Assembly: GCA_951406725.2 (NCBI GenBank)
Contig: OX597825.1
Span: 18,786,001-18,850,000, forward strand
Direction: 5' to 3'
Length of the DNA: 64,000 bases
DNA from: Octopus vulgaris
Taxonomy: Eukaryota
The notes beneath the pieces were generated by a model. The model was not told the origin of the DNA and made no database searches. It saw nothing but the letters and a program-made list of their open reading frames with translations. Of this stretch, positions 13,522-28,295 are shown piece by piece. The position numbers were made by a program, and so were the translations under genes. Positions within the stretch are counted from its first letter, which is position 1. Each line of letters begins with the position of its first letter.

Positions 13522-14271
13522 ATACAATATGTTACATTACTCGGTAGTCAAGATAAAACTCTGAGTTTCAGATGCCGAAGTGGAAATCCACAACACCATC
13601 TCTTCGGTTATCTGGCTATTTGAAAACGTTATGAAAAAATACCGTTAAAAATGAAGGGAAATTACTCTGTTATAACTCTGCTTTGCCTGCGTACTTATAC
13701 ATCGCTCGCATTTTTCGTCATAAAAATTATATAAAAATACATAAAAATATATAAAAATATATAAAAATATATAAAATCTTCTTGGGACATAACACAGAAA
13801 GCATGTTCTATCCGTTTTCTTTAGGGGACCAAAAACGTAACAGAAATTTAGTCACATGTGGGCATGATCCGAAAAGTTCTGTCCTTGTATTTAGACATGT
13901 GGTAGGGTCTAAGCTGCTTTTCCAGATAAGCCATCTCTCCATGTCGCATAAACCGCACCTTCCGCTGCCGTTAGTATAGGGCTTACATCTGGCCAAAATC
14001 TTCCATTGTATGTTATAATCGACACCTTTATCTCTTAAAGACCAAATATGATTGGATAATTGTGTCGCTTTTCTTTTGTTCCAGTGCCTAAAGCTCAAAG
14101 TGTGGTTATTGAACCTGGCCTTGAAATTACCCTCTGTCAGGCCCACGTATTTCTTCATCAAAACGGTGTCTTTAGTGGTTACCGAGTAATGTAACATATT
14201 GTATAGATAAATTTCCTCTATTTACATAATATTGAGGTCTCTTTCTTTCTTTTGTTATCTTACCGTTTTAT

Positions 14272-14275
<4 letters not shown>
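13517..14275 (-). mobile_element. Penelope-like element 3' fragment with GIY-YIG endonuclease and inverted pLTR piece, in (TA)n
   Basis: ORF 13808-14197 (see next feature). 30-bp inverted repeat 13517-13546 / 14180-14209. Hammerhead-like fold at 13545-13618. Confidence 0.9.
13808..14197 (-). pseudogene. PLE GIY-YIG endonuclease C-terminal fragment
   Basis: KYVGLTEGNFKARFNNHTLSF..TQLSNHIWSL..CGLCDME..LNTRTELFGSCPH is typical of the PLE GIY-YIG domain. The first ~6 codons come from the inverted repeat. Confidence 0.85.
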
Positions 14276-14317
<42 letters not shown>

Positions 14318-14450
14318 TAAACGGATTGATGGTAGTAAGTAGGACTGTATCATAATCATTGGTATATTGTATGATATAATTATGGGGATAAATTTTTACA
14401 TATAGTCTGGTCTCACGCTCCCACGTAAAAGCTTTACACATTCATAATAC

Positions 14451-14663
14451 TTTTCTACTCTAGGCACAAGAACCGACATTTCCGGGGAGGTGGGCAGTCG
14501 ATTAGATTGACCCTAGTACGCAACTGGTACTTAAATTATCGATCCCGAAAGGATGAATGCCAAAGTCGACCTCGGCGGAATTTGAACTAACCACGTAACG
14601 GCAAACGAAATATCGCTAAGCATTTCGTCCGGTGTGCTAACGTTTCTGCCAGCTCGACGCCTT
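14451..14663 (-). mobile_element. SINE with family B head/core and an alternative tail
   Basis: aaggcgtcgagctggcagaaacgttagcac..gttcaaattccgccgaggtcgac. Tail differs from the 32002 copy. Confidence 0.8.
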
Positions 14664-15447
14664 TTAACCTATTCATAACAATCCCTACTATGTAAATATG
14701 TATGCTAATGCCTTATAACGTATATGCTTTACTAATATATATTGCTTAATCATTCATACTAACATGTTATTCAAATATTTTACACACTATAGAATCTTTG
14801 TTCCTGTATAAGTACCTATTTTTTGCCAAGCACTAAATTTCTTAATTTAATTTATGTTTTTAGCTTTTAGTCACATTGTAAGGTAGATGTCCGTGTCTTG
14901 TTTCGGGGCTTCTGAGACGAATGGGGAGAAGGAAGGCACCCTGAAACCAAATGTCTGCTTGTGAGTGTTGCAACAGAATCGACTTCAGTAAAATCAAAGA
15001 CGGCGGAGTTAAATCGGGCGAGAGTTTAAGTCTCCCACACGTGTGGAGGATGGAGGGCTGTAAACTTGAAAGTTAAAAAACCAGGAACAAACATTGCAAG
15101 CATCCCCTTAAATTCACTGCTTTTAATTGAGATTATTTCCTCATCGACCACAAGTAATAATGGTAAATTGAAATATTTTGCTGACGAATACAACGCACAG
15201 TCTGTTTCGAGAATCGAAAACATAATCTTCAGATTAACAATCTAACCACTACTAAAACTGATATTACTTTCTAGTATTGCTAAGGTACACCTAAAACCCA
15301 CAACTTCTCAAACTTTTGTTTGATGGAAGTGTTTTCAATTAGGAGTCATCTACGTATGTTCTCAAGCAAATTCCAATTTTCTTTCACAGTACCGAATCAA
15401 TTTTTATTATTCCGAAGATACTTTGAATCACCTGATATATATATATA

Positions 15448-15635
15448 TGATAAATCGGTAGCCACTACTCACATTTTTTCTCTCCTTGTGTTTTTTTTTT
15501 CTCTGTTCCTGTCTGTAGAAGAGCGTAGGCTCGAAACGTAAAAGACTTTTTCAGTTCCTGAGCGTTATACTAATACATCTGTTTGTTTTGTACAGAACCT
15601 GTCTTCGTCTTTTGTTTTTTCGTGAACTCTCCCCT
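15448..15635 (+). mobile_element. Family H2 repeat in (TA)n with hammerhead-like motif
   Basis: CTGTAGA-A-GAGC GTAG GCTC-GAAAC-GTA-AAAGAC (15513-15546). Homologous to 5341-5552. Confidence 0.7.
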
Positions 15636-15870
15636 ATATATATATATATATACATATATATTAATACAAACACTCATATATATGCAGGGACACCTACCAA
15701 CATATACACAGATAACTTACATATATCTGTAGATGTGTGTGTGTGTGTGCTTGTATATGACCGTTTTTCTTTATTGGGTTTACGTTTGCATTAGTTTGAT
15801 CGATTGTTCTTTTTTAATTAATAAAAGTAGATTTTTATAAAATCCATATTTACGCTATATATACATATAC

Positions 15871-15906
<36 letters not shown>

Positions 15907-18880
15907 GATAATCTTCCATGATTGTTTTCACTGACAATTTCACGTTTTGCTTTCAAATTATCGTATATAACATGCAACGATAGACTTCTCTTAGGAACAT
16001 TTACCTTCACGTACGACCTATAGTATGCAAACTACATCACGAATTCATATACAATAATACGAAGCAAAATATAATCAGCTTAACAAAATCAGGCCTATAC
16101 TTTTATACATATATACATTAAACATATTCATCTCTCTGTATCTTTTCTTCTACCTGTCTTGCTTTTTGTTTCTTGAATTAAAATTAAATGCACCTGAATG
16201 AAACGATGCGTTCTTTTCTTCAATCCGTCACTAAAAGCAAATTGAAAAACATCCAAGAATGACATATATGTATTTTTTTTCGAAAATTTTCTTTCGGGAA
16301 GGATTTTAAAATATGTGTTATCCTAATTGATTTATTTCCTAAGAGTATTTTTATCTCGTTTCTATATTTACTCCCAACCCACCCGTCCCAGCTGAGTTTA
16401 ATTATTTTATATCATGCAATTTTATAACTAATCATTTATACAATAATTTAATCAAGTAATAATATACTTTATTCCTTTGAAAGACAGATTAAAGCAAATG
16501 TCATTTTTCTTTACCTATGTCTATATTGTCTATCTTGAAATACAAAATTGCATTTTGTATTTATGCAATTATCTTTTGATATTTAAAAATTCTGATTGAA
16601 TATCTTCCATAACTTCTGACAAAAACTTATTGATGTATTGTTATCAATAATTACTCGTGTGCAAGCATGGATTTTTTTAATTAGCATTTTTTTTTTATTT
16701 CCTGTTTTCCCTATTATAATTGAAGACAGCACAGTCAGCGAACTGTGAAGTCTTGAATAAAAATAAATGGAGAACAGGACTTTTCTTTTACTTAAAAAAA
16801 AAGCGAATCAAGAAAAAGAAGAGAGAGAAAATAAAATAGATAAAGACTACACACAACTACACATTCCCTCATTGTGTGTTATTGGGCCTTCCAACGAGAC
16901 AGAATCCTATACTAAGCTTTTATAAGTCCCCTTTAGTAAAAAAAGTTCATCAAGATCACAATCATTCAACACATGCTCCTTGGAAGAATGCAATCTTTCG
17001 TAAAATAATGTTGTTTCAAGAACAGTATCCTTTGTATTTTCTACAGTAGATCCATTGTCTAGCTCTAACTGAGCCATGGCTTAGCTTACAAAATACATAT
17101 TTTTAACTTGAAAAAATAACGGCTAACCATCTCCCTTTCATCTGTCCACTTGGCTCTTGAGCGAATTATAATGCCCTCCATTAGCATAGCTCATTCTTCT
17201 CTCACATAGCGTTGACCACCATACCAAATTGGTGTAGTGAGCAGTTATACTTTAACTTGTACGTAATCCCCAACTCGGATGGGTAGACTGGTTATCTGAT
17301 AATTCTAATATACTTGGTCCCAACCCTGCATTCATCATACACATGGTCTTCACACTTTACCATTTAGCTTCCATCTTGCCTATCATATTAACAGGACATT
17401 CTTCTTTATATATATCTCCCTCTAACTCCAGAAATTTAAGCATCTATCCATTGCCATGATTATTAGTTTCTATCTATCCTCATATTATTACGTCCTGTTC
17501 TCTGCTTCTCTACCTCAATATTTTTGTATATACATCACAATATTAGTAGACGAAGTCTCTCTGATAAGGATCTATCTCATTCTCTCTCCAGTGATGGAAT
17601 AAATCACGCATAAGGACGCAGGGAATAGTATTTAAGGTCCTGTATTGGCGATTGCAAGATCTTGGTTACTCTTCCTGAACCAGGTGGTGTGTTGTATTCT
17701 TAAGGAAGACACTTCATCTCACGTCGTTGCCCAGCTATCATTTCAACAATGGCCGTGTGATACATCGTGCATCTTATAAGGGCCAAGTCGATGTCATGAA
17801 GCACGTGAGACAATGTACAGTACAAACATTCCGAATTTAAGAAAATAAGCCGGGATTAACTTACATTTATCCAGAAGTCTTTTATTCTTAAATGAAAAGT
17901 AAATAAATAAATTCAAAATTCCTTATATTTGGTGTTGCCTTTGTGATTTTGCAGAAAAAAACGGTCATCAGAGTTGTTGATAATCTACTGTCGCTATATG
18001 TTGAAATATGCATGAGAGAAGTCCTATTTTAGTATGCTAATTCGATTTCAGCTAAATGATATTTAAATATATCTACATAATGAATTTGAGGTATTATATT
18101 TTTGGGTTGAATTTTCTTAAATTTTTTTATATAATTATATTTCTATTTTATTTACATCTCGGTTTTTATAGTAAGTGAAAATTTAAAACATTTATTTTCA
18201 ATTTTCTAGTTTCAGATCACTTTTGTAGAATCATTCAAAATGAATAGATTACAATTGCTTGTGGCGCTATGTGACTTCCCCAGTTCATTTCGTTAGCTTC
18301 CGGCTTTTCTCTAGGAATTTTATTCTGAGTTGAATACAGACTCCATCTCTCTCTCTCTCTTTCTCTTTCTTTGTCCCTCTCTCTTTCACTCTCCCTCTCT
18401 CTCACACACACACACACACTCACACAAACCACACACTCACGCAGATGCTCTCACACGCACATTCATGCACACTTACACATGTATATATAGACATATGTTT
18501 TCTTTTTCGTTTCTTAGCTTAGAGTTAATTTTCACCGGCTTCCTGATTAGTAGCAAGACTGAGATGGAAAGCTTCTTATTTTGTTCATTAGTCTTTAAAT
18601 ATTAAGAAGGTATTGCGGATTTTTTATTGTCCCAGATATCTTTATCATCTGTACCGTATAAATTAAGAAGCCCTCCCAAAATCCATCTTCAGCCATACTT
18701 ATCTCTTAGTGGATTTTTACACGCCCTGTTACTCTCATAATAAAATATATGAAGCTGAAGATTTACTTCGGTGAGATGATTTTCAAACTCCTCATTGTTG
18801 ACCATATACCTTCTAATTCCCCTGTAGTTTTCTAATCATATTGATGTCCAAATAACAACTGATTTCCGCAACAAATCATA

Positions 18881-19399
18881 CCGTAAATCCTCGAGTATAA
18901 CCCGCATTTTTCCCAAATTTAAACGTCAAAATACCTAGTGCGTACTATATACGAGGTTAAACATGAAAAATATTTACTAAGCAATGTCCGAGTCTCTATT
19001 TGCTGTCTGGCAATGTTTATTCAGACGCATTTTGTGATGTCGGGCGCGAAAATACCTTAAGCTAAGCCTGAAACGAATGAAGTTATAAAAGAATCATCCA
19101 TAACTTTCAGTAAGCAACATTTATTAAAATAAAAGTATTCAGAACACAGAACAACATGTAACAAAAACAATTTGCACACATATTTACATAGCCATACAAC
19201 AGTTAAGAACATGACCATTATTGCATTATGCATGCGTGGAAGTGTCTGTTCGACTAGGTGCTGCTGGCTTAATTACTGACGACTCAAGTTAGAGAAGGGG
19301 TGCGTATTATACACAAGGTTTATGTTTTTCAGAAGTACAGCCCTCTAAAAATCCCCTGCGTATTATACTCAAGGGCGGACTATACTCGAGGATTTACGG
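18881..19399. mobile_element. Tc1/mariner-superfamily (pogo/Tc2-like) MITE
   Basis: TIRs ccgtaaatcctcgagtata / tatactcgaggatttacgg with TA on both sides. Subterminal tgcgta(c/t)tata repeats. Confidence 0.9.
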
Positions 19400-20499
19400 T
19401 AGTTTGTTCTTGCCACAATCGACCAGATACTCAACAGTATCAGTCGGTTGTATTTTATATTTGTGACTGCTTAATTTTAAGTTTGTCCGATACTCTTTTG
19501 ACCTACTAATCTCATTAGAGTCAGCTGTATTGGGATTTTTTTCTTATATAGTTCCAACTTATTCTGGCCACTGAATTATTCCTCATAGGAAGATAATGTC
19601 TAAAAGGCACTCTTTCGCATTTGGAAATTATGAGGAAGATGTCTTAAGTTTGACTTTTTTAAAGCCTACATTAGTTGTCCGTCAATATTTATCGTTTATA
19701 AAGCGGCGATCGGGCAGAATCGTTATTATGCTGGGCAAAATGCTTCGAGGCATTTCGTCCATCTTTGCGTTCTGAGCACATATTCCACCAATATCGACCG
19801 TGTCTTTCATCCATTAGGCGACGTTAAAAATAAGTACTAGTGGATCGTTGGTGATTTTTTCTGTTTTGATTTTTTTTAGCAATGATGGTCCAGTCCTAAG
19901 TTATATTTTGAAGTGGAATAATTGAAATTTGATTCATTAAGTGAAAAAGTTAGCTGAAAATATGTGAGGTCAAAAATGGGAAAGTAAATCGAAAAATTGA
20001 ATTTGTATAAAAAAATATGTTTTTCTTTTTTTTTAAAGAAAAATATAGATTAATTGGGTTTTTTTTAAAGAAAAGTATAGATTAATTGGGTTTAATAGAA
20101 TAAAAGATAAAAGGTGAAAAAAAGAAGAGAAAACTATACTTAGTAGTCTTTCGTTTCAGTAGCATCAACAAAAAGAAACGTGTACTTAATTCTGACCTCA
20201 GTAAACCTCGTAGCTGTCCATCCCTTCATTACTGAATCATCACACTCTCTCCATTTTTCAATTAACGCATCCACTTTAATCACAACTGAACCTATATAGG
20301 TCACAAAGAAAACTCTGCTGTTGTTGTTGTTGTTTCAATCGCCATCTTCATCATCTCTTGCTGTTTTTTTGCCTTCACAGTTACTTTCTCCAACACCGAG
20401 GACAAATCTCTTCCTCCCTCTTCTTGACTAATCTCAATCCAATGATACGTCTGTTAACACCGCAGCTTCCACAGAAGCAATGCTTCATACATGCTGACA

Positions 20500-21290
20500 T
20501 ACTTCGACAGTAATGAAGAAGTAAAGCATCAGCGTATCCTCCCTGACCTAAATTTCACTATCGCGGACATCATTGCTGTAATTAACATAATTAAACTCAA
20601 TTTACCAGTAGGACCTGACAAATTAACTCGATAGTCATACGAAGGAGTACAGATATCATCTTTAATGTATTTCTTCTAGCTAATCTCTAGAGGTAATCGC
20701 TCGGGTCATATGTGATATCTGAACATTTTCTGTCCCAGTCTTTCATCCCAGATTTTAAACAGGGAATTGAGTAGCCCAAATAAATTACCGTAGGTCTTAA
20801 TAACTTTGTGATTATCAACCACATTTTACCTATGCACTCTTTTGATTCTTATTTTATTAGGGGCCTAAAATTTCCTATTAATCTTTAATGTCTAAAATCT
20901 ATTATATTTTTTAAGCTTAAATGTTATGAGAAATTGTATAGAAAATGTTTGAATATTTTGTGTATCGTAGAAATATAAATATTTTACTTCACATAAATTT
21001 TAACAAGATTTTATATGATCCATTAAGTTCACCGGTTGAGAAACAATGTATTAACCTCGCATATCGGTATACTATTCGATAAGGTCTGAGTTAAAAAAAG
21101 AAATAACTGCTTTCCTGGAGAGAGATCATTTCCTAGATATCAACCACCTTGGAGTTCATGGGAGCACAGACTAACTATCTAAATGCTCCACAAAAAAGGC
21201 TTCAACACAAATATCATCTGTTTCACTAAAGCATTCGAAACAGTCAATCACAGCTACTGCTGAAGAAACTATTCAACATTGAAGTAGTTT
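20500..21290 (+). mobile_element. Highly decayed CR1/L2-group LINE RT remnant, interrupted
   Basis: Fragmentary peptides NFTIADIIAVINIIKLNLPVGPD, LTSHIG, ITAFLERDHFL, FTKAFETVNH. Confidence 0.5.
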
Positions 21291-21337
21291 ACTGCAACAG
21301 ATTAAATGTTTTCTGATAAACAGAACCAAAATTCTGT

Positions 21338-21585
21338 AGTGTCTGGGGAGAGTCATTTTCTTTTTGTGCCTTATAATGTAACACACTCACCGCTAAAATT
21401 TCCACTTATTTCTTATTTTTATTTTCCTAAAATTTGGTTGCGTCTTGCAACCTTTTCAATAGTCAAGAATATTATAAGGCACAAAAAGAAAATGACTCTC
21501 CCCGGACACAAGAGAATATGCTTCAACACATATAACTCATATAAAGAATCTTGCATGCCAAATCCAAAAGCGAAATGAACCAAAA
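21338..21585. mobile_element. Family H1 fold-back repeat with hammerhead-like motif on the minus strand
   Basis: Inverted repeat of about 40 bp, 21339-21377 / 21471-21509. Minus strand GACTA-TTGAAAA-G-GTTGC AAGAC GCAAC (21426-21464). Homologous to the 4061, 49330 and 62451 copies. Confidence 0.75.
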
Positions 21586-22865
21586 TCATTGCCAGCAACA
21601 GAATTTTCTCATAACAAGCAAGTCATGAGAAATGATCCCCACCAGATTGTGCAGATCACTTTTGTTTATTATTTGCATAAAGGACATTGATGCATTGTTG
21701 CCGCATAACACTTCTGCCATACTGGCCCATCGAACGGCTGTCGTTTCCTCATGCTTTAAGGTATACGCCATAACTCTTACATCGCAAATTTCGTGGTGGG
21801 TGTTGAAGAATTGGTAATGGACCACTCCTGCTACCAGAACGTCAGTCACATTTCCTTTTCAATGTGTCTCTTGTAGGTGACAAACTCTCCTCTACTCTGA
21901 AACACACGATCATAATTTTCTATCTAAACCTAATTAATTCTAATCTCATAGTCCTCTACGGGGTTAACCAGAATCGGTTCTTTACGATGTGAATGGAGGA
22001 ATATTTTCAGGTGTGCCCCAGTATGTGTGCTTAAAAACAGATGAATAGTGAGTAAGAAAGAAGTGTGATGGATTATACTCGTGGTGGCGTGTTTTAATTC
22101 TGTTGTTTTGAGTGCCGTTTTAATCTTACAGATCTTTTTCGTTTTGCTGTTAGTGTTGTTGCTGCTACTGATGTTCGTATCCCATTCGCTGTTGTTACTT
22201 CCGATCGTACTTCTAACCATTATTGTTGCTGTTGGAGCTGCAACATCAGCCGCAGTTGGTGCAGTGAGGAGGCTCATTTTTACTGTTTTTTGTTGAGGGC
22301 AGAAATCTCTGTAGTGGCACTTCCGTACCGCAAAATGGTATCTTGTCCCTTTACCTGAACCGCAACACGCTGACCTATTTTCCAGTGCAGGGATCAGATC
22401 TGGGGGTAAATACCCGCAGTCATTTCAGATAAAATCTCTTTTCCTTTCGAATTGCTCCTAGGAGTGTATCTCTTCCTTTGAACTTAACTCAAGCAAACAA
22501 CCAATAGACATCCAATTGAGTTGGAACTCTATTTAACGTGAAAAGAACTTGGAGAGAGAGAGAGAGAGAGCGAGAACACCGTCACATATGAATTGTTCAG
22601 AGTGCGGTTTTGTTCTAAAAGTGCATCTACATGTTTCTTTGAACAGTCTTGCACATGCAAGATGTTTTACATATGTGCAGAATTCTTTCATGGATCGTAC
22701 AACCTAAGCGTGTGTCGCTGCATCGGGGCATCGGATTTAAGCCGGTACACAGCAATAACTTACCGTCTTCTGTGCGGTTGATGCCAAACTCACGGTTGGA
22801 GTAGTGCTTTGTTCATTCCTCTCGTTCATTTCATCGCTATCGTTGCTGTTACTCCTGCTACTGTC

Positions 22866-23432
22866 TTCTTCTTCTTCTTCTTCTTCTTCTTCTTCTTCTT
22901 CTTCTTCTTCTTCTTCTTCTTCTTCTTCTTCTTCTTCTTCTTCTTCTTCTTCCAGTCAGGACTCACGCCATTAGCCACAAAGAATAATCTCTAATTCGAG
23001 CCTACTCTAAGCTACTAAGAATGCGTGTGGTAACTTGAAGATCCACCCACCACATGCGACAGACTGGCGGTTGCACGGGCGCGAAAGCTACGTTGTTATC
23101 CTCATTCCGTAAACGGTGCCTTTTAACAGGTGGAGAGCTGAACCATCCTGGGGTAGAGAGGATTCACAATCTAGACTAGGGTCTGAAAGTTTCCCACACC
23201 ATAGTGGGTTACACCATGGTTCCTCTGCTTTGTGGCAGAAGTAGAAAGAGAGAGTGAGAGAAAGTTGTGGTGAAAGATTACAGCGGGGTTCACTACTGAC
23301 TCCCGCCGGAGCTCGTGGAGCTTAGATGTTTTTGCTCAATAAACACTCACATTGCCCGGTCTAGAAATCGAAACTGCGTTCTTACGACCGCGAGTCCGCG
23401 GCCCTAACCACTGGGCCATTGCGCATCCACTC
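22866..23432 (-). mobile_element. SINE family C head with a distinct tail ending in (GAA)n
   Basis: Head gcgcaatggcccagtggttagggc..gtttcgatt matches 63690. (TTC)n at 22866-22951 on + is the 3' tail. Confidence 0.8.
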
Positions 23433-24059
23433 CTGCTGCTGTTGGTTTTGCTGCTGTAACTTGTCATTGCTGCAGATGCAATCGCTGCTGTTGTTGTTTA
23501 ATTCTTGATACTTTGTTCTTGTTGTTGCATCTACCATTGTTCCTAAAACGTTGTATTGACCGTTGTTGTTCTTGTTGTTCTTGTTGTTATTGCTGCTGCT
23601 GTTCTTGTGCCCGCTAGTAATATTCCGAGGCGAATTTCCCGCTATTTTCTCGATGAATCTCTTGGTGGGCGTATTTGTCGCGATATTTCAAAATAGCGAA
23701 AAGAAAAAACCGAAATGAAATAATATTTCGAAAAATGTGGTCTTTAGTGTCAAATTTGGCAGCCCCCACTTTTCACCAAGAGAGGTAAAGCCCATTATTT
23801 GAATCTCAGCACCATTTTTCAACAGCAAACAAATTATTTCAGCCCAATTCAACAAATATCTGGGAGTCAACGTAGCATAGACGATATTAATGACGATGAT
23901 AATGATGATGATGAAGATGATGATGATGATGACGACGACGACGATAATACAATCACTACCTCCAGGAATAACATCAAAAACAATAATAATAATAACAATC
24001 ATTTATAATTATAGTAATAAAAAGAAGAAGAAGAAGAAGAAGAAGAAGGAAGAAGAAGA

Positions 24060-24131
<72 letters not shown>

Positions 24132-25388
24132 TCGATGATATAATGGAAAAGGAAATGAAAGAGCAACTAAGGATGGAACATTTTCGAAGATTGAGGTTGG
24201 TGTGCGCTCAAAATTAAAATCGTAGCAGTTTATACAATGGCGATAGCATCACTTCGGTATGGAGCGGGAATTATAAAATGGCAAAAAAGAAATGTGAAGA
24301 AAGTGGATACTATGACCAGAAAAATGTTGACTGCAATCGGAGCCTTCCAACCGAAGAGTGATACTGATAAGCTGTACTTGTCCACAAGAAAGGGTGTGAG
24401 AGGTTTAATCAGTTGCCAGGACTGTATCAAAGCAGAGTAAAATAGCCTAGGGTTGTATATAAAAAATGCCGTGAAGCCACTATTGAAAAACATGACAAAG
24501 GCCTGAGTAATTAACAATGAAAATTGTGTAACTAAAGAAAATTGCAAACAAGAAACGAACCAAACAAAAGAGCATGGAAGGAAAAAAGAAAACGTACGGT
24601 GAGTTTGCAAGAGATGTGAACGCGAAGACAGATACAGAGCACCGGTGGCTATGGATGAGGAGGAATGACATGAAAATAGAGACAGAGTGCAGCTCTAGAA
24701 CAAGCGTTAAGGACTAACTGTATGAAGTGTAGAATAGACAACACTACTGATAGGGGCTAATGCAGAATGTGTGGTGAGAGTGGTGAAATAGTATGGCACA
24801 TCGTTAGGGAATGCCTGAAATTGGCACAACGCTAACACAAAAGACGCCATGGCAATGTGGTAAGAATGATCCAATGGGAGCTCTGTAGAAATCACGGCCT
24901 ACAAAGAGCAAAGACGTTGTATGAGTAAACTTCAGAAGGAGTCACCGAAAATGAGAATTGCACAATCCTGTGGGATGCAATGATCCTTTGCAATCAGTCA
25001 ACCAGATATCGCAAACGGGACATTGTTGTGGTGAATAAAATAGACAGAACATTTATGATAAGTAATATAGCATGTCCCAGTGACAACAGGCTGAATGTGA
25101 AAGAAAAAAATAAACACTTATGCCGATTTGATGTGAGAAATACGAAGTTTGCGGAGAGTAGACGTGACACCATTAGTAATTGTTGCACTTGGAAGTATCA
25201 GCACTCATCTTCCAACATGGCTGAAAGAGATTGGTTCAAGTGTGAAGAAAAACAGCACTGCTTGGAACTGCAAGAATTCTTCATAAGGTTCTTGAAGCAT
25301 GACCAGTAAACAAGTTTCACCTTAGTCTGCTGCATGTGGACAGGTAAAACCTTTCTATCATACCCAGCAAAATAAGCTGTGAGGTTTC

Positions 25389-25390
<2 letters not shown>
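24132..25390 (+). mobile_element. R4/Dong-clade RLE retrotransposon, 5'-truncated and degenerate, inserted in (TAA)n
   Basis: LRYGAGIIKW..TRKMLT..DKLYLSTRKGVRGL; CRMCGESGEIVWHIVREC knuckle; ILWD..RKRDIVVVNK..IACP (RLE). (TAA)n on both sides. Confidence 0.9.
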
Positions 25391-25631
<241 letters not shown>

Positions 25632-26417
25632 AAATAATGAACATTTAAATATTTCTTTCAAACAAACCCATAAAATTCAGTGTTCTTGGGGTAGAGCACA
25701 CTGAATCGCTAATTTGATTTTACAGGAAAGTTTATGTTACCAGAATTTGAAACCGGACACATTAAAACAGCTTTAATAATTGTAAGCCACAGTTGCATTG
25801 AAAAAAAGTGAAATAGAACAGCAGGAAAACTGAGAAAACCTGACAGCAATGTACAATGAAGAAAGAGTAAAGTGTGTGATTTGGAAAAGGAAAAAAAATA
25901 TATCTGTCTTCTGTTAGTTTCTATCCATTTATATGTATTGTTGTGTATTTTTTTCGTGGAACTTTATGTTAAATTTATTTAACCATTAATATAGTGGTTG
26001 AGAACACCTAATAACCGTGTGAGGAAACAACTCTTGACAGTTACAACGCTAGATACGCAACGAGTAAAATATTATAATTTATGACTCAGTAATATTGTTT
26101 GTTAACGTGAAATTGACACTTCAAGCCCTTATTTTACCCTTTACGTTATAATTCCCTTCTCTATCACTGCATTTAATTCTTCGCGCACTTTCACTCTGCA
26201 TATCTCGGGCCTGTTTTTTTTTCTTTCTTTCTTATAAGGTCTCTCTCTGTCTGTCTGTCTCTCTCTATCTATATATATCTCTCTCTCTCTCAAGCTAGGC
26301 TCCATTTACACATAAATATTTCCCTCTCTGTGTAGATTGCTACACAATTTTTTCTTATTCAGCTGTTTTGTTGCGTTCGTACTTTTCCATTCATGCTTTT
26401 ATTGGATTGTTTCCAGT

Positions 26418-27335
<918 letters not shown>

Positions 27336-27956
27336 TATTAGTCGAAGTTTAATTTTTTTTCTTTTTTTTTTAAATTTATGTATGTCGCTTTTATTTTCCC
27401 ATATATGTATTTTTATCGTTATTGAATTTCACATTCAAGAATTTTATTGGACTTTCCTTTCAGCAAATTTATTGAATATTTCGATGAAATTATACAACAT
27501 TCCTACGGCAATGAACACATAGACGTTGATACCATAGAATAATGCATCATACTGCGCATAAAAAGATCTGTTTCGCTTTCTAACACCCATGTACGCAGAT
27601 GCACACCGACTCAAACACTCACACACAAACAGTGCTCATACACATACACGTCCATTGACTTATGGGCACATACGCTTAGAATTACATAAACACACATACG
27701 TACACAGATAGTGTATACACATATTTATATACGTTGTCATAGATCTAATTTCATTTATTCGAGTTTTTTTATATTTATTTATGTAGCATTTTGCGATGAA
27801 TACCTCGTCTTTGGATGATGTAAGATGTGCTATGCAAAGCATATGAGTAGCTAGTATTGATCCCACTTGCTCACTCCTCCCCTATACAATCTCCTCGATG
27901 TCCCACTGTCTAACTACATATCTCTACTTACACACACACACACACACGCACACACG

Positions 27957-27999
<43 letters not shown>

Positions 28000-28064
28000 A
28001 TATATATATATTAAAAGAGTTAGTCACACTAGTGTATCCATCGTTGATTAGCTAAAGCATTACT

Positions 28065-28174
28065 ATACCTCTACGGCGGTACACATACTACATTTGGAAC
28101 GATACAGAGAAGAGTAGCATGGCCCCTGCGCAAGGATGACTCACAAATTCGTGAAGCGTTCCATATTTTTTTTT
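28065..28174 (+). pseudogene. U6: U6 snRNA retrocopy/pseudogene
   Basis: TTGGAACGATACAGAGAAGAGTAGCATGGCCCCTGCGCAAGGATGACTCACAAATTCGTGAAGCGTTCCATATTTTT matches U6, with several substitutions and a decayed 5' stem. Confidence 0.93.
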
Positions 28175-28295
28175 ACTGATATTATAAGTACTAGGCTTAC
28201 AAATAATAAGTCCTGTGGTCGATTTGCTCGACTAAAGGCGGTGCTCCAGAATGGCCAGAGTAAAATGACTGAAAGAAGTAAAAGAGTAAAAGAGT
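28175..28295 (+). mobile_element. 3' tail of SINE family A directly after U6
   Basis: ataagtactaggcttac..gtcgatttgctcgactaaaggcggtgctccag..gtaaaagag matches the reverse complement of 7381-7500. Confidence 0.85.

Noticed and set aside
17040-17520. Possible ancient LINE RT remnant on the minus strand
   Set aside because: Motifs could not be recovered convincingly by eye.
28065-28174. Functional U6 gene
   Set aside because: Substitutions at conserved positions, a decayed 5' stem, no clear PSE/TATA and a SINE tail fusion.
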